From contig CAVPWW010000005.1 in NCBI GenBank assembly GCA_963709675.1, positions 166,631 to 230,630 on the forward strand: a stretch of DNA of 64,000 bases. The letters are read 5' to 3'. The DNA comes from Candidatus Acidiferrales bacterium (GTDB taxonomy: Bacteria; Acidobacteriota; Terriglobia; Acidiferrales; UBA7541). The notes beneath the pieces are model-generated. The model saw only the letters and a program-made list of their open reading frames with translations. It did not search any database and was not told the DNA's origin. Each line of letters begins with the position of its first letter. Within the stretch, counting starts at the first letter, position 1. The position numbers and the translations under genes are program-made. Shown here piece after piece: positions 9,627-18,652 of the stretch.

Positions 9627-10322
9627 CTACGGACGATCGGGGCTCTCCAGCGCGTAGTAAATCGCAATGCCAGTCCCAACAGCGGTGAGCGCGGTAGCCA
9701 TGATCAAGAAACGGCTACGGCCCGCCCGCAGTGGTCCTCCTCCGCCTCGTGAAGGTCCTTGGTTACCGGAACCTGCACCCGCAGGCTCTTGAGCAACTGA
9801 CGGATCCAGTAGCACCTTGTACGAACTGCCCTCGGCAACAACTTGTGTTTCGTCTTCGACCGTCACGGTGAGTCCACCGCGCCGTGCTGTTACCAAAAGT
9901 TCTTTATCGGTCAGGTACGTGACTTGCCCGATGGTAGGCGCGTCGCTTTGCGGCCGAATCGCTGCCGTGGAAGCAAATAGCGTGAAGGCATGGGCATTGC
10001 CGGTGGAGAAGGTTGCTGTTCCGAGTACCAACCTCGCCGAAGGAGCTCCTTCGCTGTCGTTTACAATCGCTGCGGACGAACTCAGCAGGAGCAAACGGGC
10101 CGCTCCCGCGCGCACTTGCACGCTACCTTGCAATTCGGTGCTGAGCCTATCGCCACCATAGACCGTCGTCCCGACATCCGCATGGGCATCGCCGACATGC
10201 GCCCGATCGGCGGCAATGACGGTGCCAAGTGGCGCGACGCTCGGAGTCGTGGCAGCCCACACAGGCATGCTCACAAGACTCAAAGCCAGTACGGCTGCAC
10301 TTATAGCGCGCAGACGCTGCAT
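9627..10322 (-). CDS. Secreted FecR-like hypothetical protein with a C-terminal TM anchor
   Basis: Signal peptide MQRLRAISAAVLALSLVSMPVWA, a beta-rich body, a Gly-rich linker and a terminal hydrophobic helix. Start chosen at the ATG at 10322. Confidence 0.5.
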   Translation of the reverse strand: MQRLRAISAAVLALSLVSMPVWAATTPSVAPLGTVIAADRAHVGDAHADVGTTVYGGDRLSTELQGSVQVRAGAARLLLLSSSAAIVNDSEGAPSARLVLGTATFSTGNAHAFTLFASTAAIRPQSDAPTIGQVTYLTDKELLVTARRGGLTVTVEDETQVVAEGSSYKVLLDPSVAQEPAGAGSGNQGPSRGGGGPLRAGRSRFLIMATALTAVGTGIAIYYALESPDRP

Positions 10323-10475
10323 AAAACCCTCCCGGGCGGAACGGAAGAAGCATACTGCGTCTCGCACTTTGTCGTCAATCGGTAAACATATCGATCCGCT
10401 GGTTCCCGAACTTCCTTCTCCGCCCGCGGTGATGCTGGCGGAACTGCCCCTTCACTGTTAGAATCCATTCACTGT

Positions 10476-11486
10476 ATGGCTGACTGGAAACAGATTACGG
10501 CGCGCATTCGCCGCGCACGCACGGGCAAAGATCCCGCAGGGCAACTTACGAATTTATTTTCTAAGACGCGCGACGCCATGGTGGCGTTCGAACTCGCTCG
10601 CTACTTTGAAACCAGTGGCAATACTGCGGATGCCGGAAGATGGTATCTGACCGCCGCGGAACGCTTCCGGCGTGCCGATTGGAAAACCAAAGCACAGGAG
10701 AGCGCGACGCGCCTCGGCGCCACGGAACCCGCAGAAATCCCAGCTCCCGCCTCTCGTTCTCAGGCAGCAGAGCAACCTCCCTCCGAAGCTGACTCAACCG
10801 CTCACGAGCCGGCCAGTTCTTCACGCACGGAACCAGCGGGAGCCGCTACTCCCGCGGAACAACCTTCCCAAGCTCCTGTCGAACAAATCAGGCAGCGGCG
10901 TGGGCGGCGCGGTGGACGAGACTCACGTCCTTCCCGGCGAGAGCCCCAACGCTCCAACTCGAGGGTTGCATCTCCGGCAGCGGTGCCTGCCCCGCGCGCT
11001 GCTTCTGAGGAACATCCTGCTCACCATGAGGAAGCTGCTCCAGTCGAGAGCGCACCGGATACGCCCTCTGCTGCACCAAGCCTTCGCGGCCGCTACGGGG
11101 ATCCCGGATTGGCTTCACGTCTGACCCAACTGGAAATGAACTTCCGGCGATTGCTCGCCTCTGCTCCTACTTCCCTGGACGCCGCAGACAAAGCGCCTGC
11201 CGGCCCGGGTGTGTGGGTGCTGACTGACTCCGACCTGACCACGTACTACTACGTTGAGCCTTGCCAGACCCTGCGCGTGGCGATTCCTAATCTGCTTCGT
11301 GGCGGATCGAGTCGGAGGGGGGAATCAATCCGGCCCCGATTGGCGGAGCATCTCGGCATCCCGGAATCGCGGGTCGCTAAGTACCTGGGGGACCACTGCG
11401 TCGTGCGCTGGCTGCAGATGGATGACGACGCTGCGCATTTCGCCCATTTCCTGATTGCGGTGCTCCGGCCCGCACTGAACGAATAA
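10476..11486 (+). CDS. Hypothetical protein: helical N-domain, long P/A/S/E/R-rich disordered linker, C-terminal GIY-YIG-like domain
   Basis: C-terminal GVWVLTDSDLTTYYYVEPCQTLRVAIPNLL ... FLIAVLRPALNE resembles the GIY...YIG...R...E..lI..P.lN spacing. The middle of about 170 aa is low complexity. Confidence 0.5.
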   Translation: MADWKQITARIRRARTGKDPAGQLTNLFSKTRDAMVAFELARYFETSGNTADAGRWYLTAAERFRRADWKTKAQESATRLGATEPAEIPAPASRSQAAEQPPSEADSTAHEPASSSRTEPAGAATPAEQPSQAPVEQIRQRRGRRGGRDSRPSRREPQRSNSRVASPAAVPAPRAASEEHPAHHEEAAPVESAPDTPSAAPSLRGRYGDPGLASRLTQLEMNFRRLLASAPTSLDAADKAPAGPGVWVLTDSDLTTYYYVEPCQTLRVAIPNLLRGGSSRRGESIRPRLAEHLGIPESRVAKYLGDHCVVRWLQMDDDAAHFAHFLIAVLRPALNE

Positions 11487-11559
11487 GAGGTCGTGTGCCG
11501 AAGTGGAACTTACCTGTCGTGGTTCCTAACAGTAACCCCCTTTTGCTTCTTCAACTTAG

Positions 11560-11629
11560 GCCATTTAGTGACTCCTGACGCCATTTAACCCCTATTTTTG
11601 ACCGTTCGCCGTATCCTTCTGGCGTATCC
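11560..11629 (+). promoter_or_regulatory. Two pairs of direct repeats in the AT-rich leader of the radical-SAM gene (possible operator/promoter region)
   Basis: GCCATTTA occurs at 11560 and 11580, exactly 20 nt apart. (C/G)CGTATCC occurs at 11609 and 11622. A TTGACC at 11598 overlaps the region. Confidence 0.25.
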
Positions 11630-11804
11630 CCTGGACACGCAGCAAACTGTATAGGTCCAATGATTTAGGGGCCGCCTCGCCGCGTGTTACCCTGAATAGG
11701 AGCCTTGGGGGCTGTACCGGAAGCGGATTACAGTCAGGCTTAAATTGGCGTTTTGGGGTTTCCCGAAGTAAAGAACGATCTTTCGAAAGTGAGGCAGCCG
11801 CAGT

Positions 11805-14009
<2,205 letters not shown>

Positions 14010-14039
14010 CTCAGCTGACCCAACTAAGCCCTCTAAGAC

Positions 14040-14066
14040 GGCCTCGACTCGATCGAGGCCGTTTTT
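14040..14066 (+). terminator. Rho-independent terminator after the radical-SAM gene
   Basis: Stem ggcctcga / tcgaggcc, loop ctcga, then gttttt. Confidence 0.6.
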
Positions 14067-14105
14067 GCTTTTCTGCGCTATTCTTGCGCAAGCACAAATC
14101 TCGTT

Positions 14106-14837
14106 ATGGCTAAACTAGAACAACGCGCGGCGCTGGTGACCGGAGCGAGCCGTGGTATCGGGCGCGCCATTGCCGTTGCGCTGGCCGAGGCGGGGGCCGA
14201 TGTCGCTGTGAACTATCGGAAGGAACTGGCGGCTGCCGAAGAAGTCTGCGCGGAAATCCGTGGGTTCGGTCGGCGGGCGATTCCTGTGCAGGCGGACGTA
14301 TCGCTTGCCGCCGAGGTCGACGAACTTGTGATGGCGGTTGAGCGCGACCTTGGGCCCATCGACATCCTCGTCAACAATGCAGGCATTTCCCAAGTCAAAC
14401 CCTTCGCGGAACTGAACGAGGCCGACTGGGACGAGATTCTACGCGTCAACCTGAAGTCCGCCTTTTTGGTCACCCAGAGAGTCCTGCCGGGAATGCGCTC
14501 ACGTCGCTGGGGACGCATCATCAATCTATCCTCGGTCGCCGCCCAGACTGGTGGTGTCATCGGTCCGCACTACGCCGCTTCTAAAGCCGGCCTGATCGGC
14601 CTGACACACTCTTACGCTTCGCTGCTGGCCAAAGAAAGCATTACCGCCAATGCCATCGCCCCAGCCCTCATTCTGACGGACATGATCACTCGGAATCCAA
14701 ACGCGACCGCTGCACGCATTCCGATGGGGGTGTTTGGAAGCCCCGGCGAGATCGCGCGTGTGGCAGTGGTTCTTGCAGAAAGTGACTTCATCACCGGGCA
14801 AACCATCAGTGTCAATGGCGGCTGGTACATGACCTGA
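14106..14837 (+). CDS. SDR-family oxidoreductase, 3-oxoacyl-ACP reductase (FabG)-like
   Basis: TGASRGIGRAIA cofactor motif, NNAG, and the catalytic S...YAASKAG triad. Confidence 0.9.
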   Translation: MAKLEQRAALVTGASRGIGRAIAVALAEAGADVAVNYRKELAAAEEVCAEIRGFGRRAIPVQADVSLAAEVDELVMAVERDLGPIDILVNNAGISQVKPFAELNEADWDEILRVNLKSAFLVTQRVLPGMRSRRWGRIINLSSVAAQTGGVIGPHYAASKAGLIGLTHSYASLLAKESITANAIAPALILTDMITRNPNATAARIPMGVFGSPGEIARVAVVLAESDFITGQTISVNGGWYMT

Positions 14838-14905
14838 CGTTCCTGCGGTATAATCAATGCTCACGCCAATACCCTTATATTGGCGCACTTTGGAGAAATT
14901 CCCAC

Positions 14906-15124
14906 ATGCCGATTTATGAATATATCTGCGACAACTGCAACGAACGCTTTGAAAAGATCGTGATCAACAAGCAGGCTGAGATTACCTGCCCCAAGTGTTC
15001 AAGCAAGAAAGCCACGATTCAGCTTTCCGTGTTCGCCACGGCTGGCTCTGGTTCCTCCAACCCCTCCGGAGGCTTCTCTGGTGGTGGAGGTGGTTGCTGC
15101 GGCGGTGGCTGCTCCTGCCACTAG
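14906..15124 (+). CDS. FmdB-family zinc-ribbon protein with a Gly/Cys-rich tail
   Basis: MPIYEYICDNCNERFE...CPKCSS is the FmdB CxxC...CxxC signature. The protein ends GGGGGCCGGGCSCH. Confidence 0.8.
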   Translation: MPIYEYICDNCNERFEKIVINKQAEITCPKCSSKKATIQLSVFATAGSGSSNPSGGFSGGGGGCCGGGCSCH

Positions 15125-15194
15125 TTGTTAACCGCGGCGCTTTGCGCATGCTTTTGGTCTGTGGCATAGAGGAGACTCCCACCGGGTCACTGCC

Positions 15195-15938
15195 ATGTCC
15201 ATCACCACTCTCGAACAACTCGACAAACTGAAAGCTTGCGGGCGTATTGTGGCCAAAGCGCTCCGGGCCATGGCTACCGCTGTGCGCCCGGGCGTGACCA
15301 CCGCGGAATTGGCTGCCATCGGGTCAAAAGTGCTAGCCGAAAACGGCGCGCGCTCCTCTCCCCCGCTCGTCTATGGTTTCCCTGGCGAAGTCTGCATTAG
15401 CGTGAACGACGAAGTCGTCCACGGAATTCCCGGCGGCCGCGTGTTGCAGCCCGACGATCTGGTGAAGCTGGACTTAACCGCCGAAAAAGATGGCTATCAC
15501 ACCGATTCGGCGATGACCGTCCAGGTCCCGCCTGGCACACGGGCCGCAGCTGAGCTTTCCCACTGTGCCGAGCGGGCATTTCGCCAGTCGCTTGCCGCCG
15601 CACGCTCCGGCAATTCCGTGCGCGAAATTGGCAGAGCGGTCGAGCGAGAAGTGCGCCGGCGCGGCTTTCACGTGATTCGCGAGCTGGGCGGACACGGCAT
15701 TGGCCACACAATCCACGAAGATCCTCCAGTGCCCAATTTTCCGGACCCATTCAATCACGCCTGTCTGACCGAAGGGCTTGTACTCACCATCGAACCGATT
15801 ATTGCCGCAGGCACGAACCGCATCACCCTGGATGCAGACAGATGGACCCTGCGCACGAGCGACGGCTCACTCGCCGCGCACCACGAACACACACTGGTCA
15901 TTACCCGGGGGAAGCCCATTGTCCTCACCTCTGCCTGA
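15195..15938 (+). CDS. map: Type I methionine aminopeptidase
   Basis: VVHGIP, the D...D metal ligands (KLDLTAEKDGYHTDSA), GHGIG..IHE, and EHT at the C-terminus. Confidence 0.95.
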   Translation: MSITTLEQLDKLKACGRIVAKALRAMATAVRPGVTTAELAAIGSKVLAENGARSSPPLVYGFPGEVCISVNDEVVHGIPGGRVLQPDDLVKLDLTAEKDGYHTDSAMTVQVPPGTRAAAELSHCAERAFRQSLAAARSGNSVREIGRAVEREVRRRGFHVIRELGGHGIGHTIHEDPPVPNFPDPFNHACLTEGLVLTIEPIIAAGTNRITLDADRWTLRTSDGSLAAHHEHTLVITRGKPIVLTSA

Positions 15939-15956
15939 GCCGAACCGGCAATTCCC

Positions 15957-16577
15957 GTGCAACTGAAAACAAAAGCTGGACTCACGCTGGTTGTCTTGGG
16001 AATTGGGATCTTCGGTGCCTGGAACCTCTGGACGAAAACGCGAAGTCTTGTGCCTCTAGACATTCCGGTTTCGTTGACCGCAGGCCAGATCATAGCTTCG
16101 GAATTCACGATCAACTTTGATGGGTTGTACCTTATCGAAATCGAGGCGGAAAAGACCATTCCGCTTGATACTCTCCATTGTCTGATGGGTGGGGAAGCGG
16201 ATCCCGCACTCTGCAAAGATGTGACTCCGGCGATCGCGGCGACATGGGTTCTTTCTAGCCCTGGGCAAGAAATCAAGCGCGGCAATTCCTCCGAATTGCA
16301 CAGTGCTCCAGTCCAATCGGACGGTGTTGCCCGCGTAATTGGCGAATTTCAAGGCAAAGCCGGTCAGGATTACACCTTACAAGTCACGTTCTCGGCCGAC
16401 GGAGGAAACCTGGCAGCAGCGCACCCACGGCTGAAGGTGGGCGTAGCGAGTATTGCGTACACGGATTTTCAGTCCGCCAGCGTGCTGGTTTTTTCGATGG
16501 CGTTCATTTGCGTCTTGTTCGGCGCGATTCTGTTGGCCATCGCGTATTACGCAAGAAAACGTGTTCGCGCCGTGTGA
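15957..16577 (+). CDS. Membrane protein with N- and C-terminal TM helices and a beta-rich ectodomain, unknown function
   Basis: GTG start. Hydrophobic segments LTLVVLGIGIFGAWNLW and VLVFSMAFICVLFGAILLAIAYY. No recognisable motif. Confidence 0.5.
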   Translation: MQLKTKAGLTLVVLGIGIFGAWNLWTKTRSLVPLDIPVSLTAGQIIASEFTINFDGLYLIEIEAEKTIPLDTLHCLMGGEADPALCKDVTPAIAATWVLSSPGQEIKRGNSSELHSAPVQSDGVARVIGEFQGKAGQDYTLQVTFSADGGNLAAAHPRLKVGVASIAYTDFQSASVLVFSMAFICVLFGAILLAIAYYARKRVRAV

Positions 16578-16777
16578 CGTAAATCACCGTGTGATGTGAC
16601 AAACCTCACAGCCCTACCCTCCTACCAATTGCAGAATGCCTCCTGCACGTTACTGATTTCTCCAGTTCTTTAACTCCACTCTCACCCCTCCTGACGTGCT
16701 TTTGATCGATTTTGGCTACGGACTGTTTCGGGCAATTCTGCCCGGAAGTCTCGTGTGGCAGTAGAAAGGACCCTGGA

Positions 16778-17059
16778 ATGTCTAAACTGCAGATGGAATC
16801 TGAAGAAAGAATGGAGCTTCTGGCGTATCTGGAAGCGCTGCTCGGTTGCGTGAAGTCCCTGCACGCGAGCGTCGGCGCGGTCATGGCCGATGTTGCGGCG
16901 ATGCGCAGCACTATCTTCGAGGATCCAGACGAAATTGCCTTATACCGGACTAACCTCAAGCTAGCCGTGGCTACCGCCAAGCCGATTGTGGAAGAAGCAA
17001 TGCGTTCCTACGATGATTTTATGCAGGAGATTGCTGGTTCGCAGCAGTACAAGAATTGA
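16778..17059 (+). CDS. Small helical hypothetical protein
   Basis: ATG at 16778 with AAAGGA upstream. No recognisable family. Coding status rests only on ORF length and context. Confidence 0.4.
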   Translation: MSKLQMESEERMELLAYLEALLGCVKSLHASVGAVMADVAAMRSTIFEDPDEIALYRTNLKLAVATAKPIVEEAMRSYDDFMQEIAGSQQYKN

Positions 17060-17154
17060 TTTTTGCGGCTGGAACGTACACACAGGGACCTCTGCCCATG
17101 GGGTTCACTTCTGTCCCGCCTAAGTGAGCCCCATTTTCTTTTCCGAATGAAATA

Positions 17155-17805
17155 TCAACGAGAGTAGTTCTCGAGATAGTCCGGAATCGGCGGATCATTT
17201 TTGCGTTGCGCATCCGGCACGGGCTGCTTCGCTACCGTCTCCAGCGGCAACACCCCAGCCCAGACGGGCAGATCGTAATCGGCTTCATCGTCCACGGGTC
17301 CACCGGTGCGCACCTTGGCGCTGACCTCTTCGAGAGGCAGAGCGAGGACGGTGGTGCTTTTCAACTCCTGTTCGGTGGGCTGGCGCACGTCGTCCCAGCG
17401 GCCCTTCATGACGTGCTCCGTGAAAATCCGCAAGGCTTCCCTCTTTTCGGCAGGGTCGTCCACCAGCCTGGCGGAGCCCAGAATAACCACGGAACGGTAA
17501 TTCACCGAATGATGGAAAGCGGAGCGAGCGAGCACCAGCCCATCGACGTGTGTCACGGTGACGCAAACCGGCACGCCAGCGCTCAGCGTCTTTAACATGC
17601 GGCTGGCGGCACTCCCATGCAGGTACAAAGTGTCTTCCGCGCGGCCGTAGTTTGTGGGAATCACGAAGGGTTGGCCGTCGACAGAAAAACCGACGTGGCA
17701 CACGAACGCGGTGTCCAGAATCTGGTAGACGGTCTCACGGTCGTAATGGCCGCGCTTCGGCAGGCGTTTCACTTGCGTTCGTTCGGTAGGTTGAAATTCG
17801 CTCAT
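17155..17805 (-). CDS. Pyridoxamine 5'-phosphate oxidase (PNPOx)-like FMN-binding family protein
   Basis: Split-barrel family pattern (FVCHVGF..DGQPFVIPT...LYLHGS.ASR...VTHVDGLVLARSAFHHS.NYRSVV). Close paralogue of 40456..41109. Confidence 0.85.
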   Translation of the reverse strand: MSEFQPTERTQVKRLPKRGHYDRETVYQILDTAFVCHVGFSVDGQPFVIPTNYGRAEDTLYLHGSAASRMLKTLSAGVPVCVTVTHVDGLVLARSAFHHSVNYRSVVILGSARLVDDPAEKREALRIFTEHVMKGRWDDVRQPTEQELKSTTVLALPLEEVSAKVRTGGPVDDEADYDLPVWAGVLPLETVAKQPVPDAQRKNDPPIPDYLENYSR

Positions 17806-17814
17806 GAACCCATT

Positions 17815-18651
17815 CTAGCGGGAAGCGGGCCAGGCGCCAGAGCCAACTTGGCCGCCCGCGGGTGCGACGCGCTTTTGGGCGGAGATCCAGGGGAGCAGGT
17901 CAGGCTCTGCGAAAGCTCTCTTCCAGACCTCATGATCTATTTTGTGGTACTCCGTATACCGGAGGTTGGCGTGTGCCTTTTTGAGTTGAGCCATCATGGA
18001 ACGGACCATAGTGACCGGGACGGACTGGTCTTCGTCGCCCTGGAATACCCAGAGGGGTACTTCGGCGATGGCGGGAATGTCGGAAAAGGTGTCATAGGCG
18101 GCCATCACGATCGCACCAGCCCATTGCCCACGGTAGTTTTGCAGGAGGGACCACACACCGAGACCTCCCATCGATTGCCCCGCAAGGTACACGCGGCCGG
18201 GATCGATCGAAAAGTCTTTTTCCACCTTCGCCAGGGCTTCCATTGTGAGGACTAGCCATTTGCTGGGCTGGCTGAACTCCGGTTCCGACCAGTTCTCTCC
18301 GGATGGGCATTGCGGCGCAAACACAAAAACGGGGAATTTTGTCTGGACTTCACTGGTGATCCAGAAATGCGTGCCAAGCTGATTCTCTTTGGTCAGTTGT
18401 TTTATGTTGTCGGAGCCCCGGCCATCGATGCCATGCAGCCAGAGCACCAAGGGATATTTGCGGTTGGCGTCGTAGCCGAGCGGAACGAACAGGCGATAGG
18501 GCAGGCGGGCGCTGCTTTTGCCGATGTAGACTCCCTTGCGGAAATCGATGTCATCCTGGGTGAGTTCCGTCGCCGCGGCGATTCCTTCGGCGAGGAACAG
18601 GAGCAGGAAGAAAACTCCACAGCCGCGGCGGAACAGACGCATACGTTGCAT
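17815..18651 (-). CDS. Secreted alpha/beta-hydrolase (carboxylesterase / PHB-depolymerase-type esterase)
   Basis: Signal peptide, nucleophile elbow GQSMGG, then FQGDEDQSVP (Asp) and HKIDHEVW (His). The ATG at 18651 lies 1 nt after the stop of the upstream peptidase gene. Confidence 0.8.
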   Translation of the reverse strand: MQRMRLFRRGCGVFFLLLFLAEGIAAATELTQDDIDFRKGVYIGKSSARLPYRLFVPLGYDANRKYPLVLWLHGIDGRGSDNIKQLTKENQLGTHFWITSEVQTKFPVFVFAPQCPSGENWSEPEFSQPSKWLVLTMEALAKVEKDFSIDPGRVYLAGQSMGGLGVWSLLQNYRGQWAGAIVMAAYDTFSDIPAIAEVPLWVFQGDEDQSVPVTMVRSMMAQLKKAHANLRYTEYHKIDHEVWKRAFAEPDLLPWISAQKRVAPAGGQVGSGAWPASR

Positions 18652-18652
18652 G

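Noticed and set aside
17306-17500. A 64-aa ORF strikingly similar to another 64-aa ORF at 40607..40801 (MRT.A..S.RG....V..NS.S.GWR.SSQRP...), which could have been a conserved small protein.
   Set aside because: Both are the same antisense frame of the two PNPOx paralogues. The similarity simply mirrors the paralogy of the sense genes.
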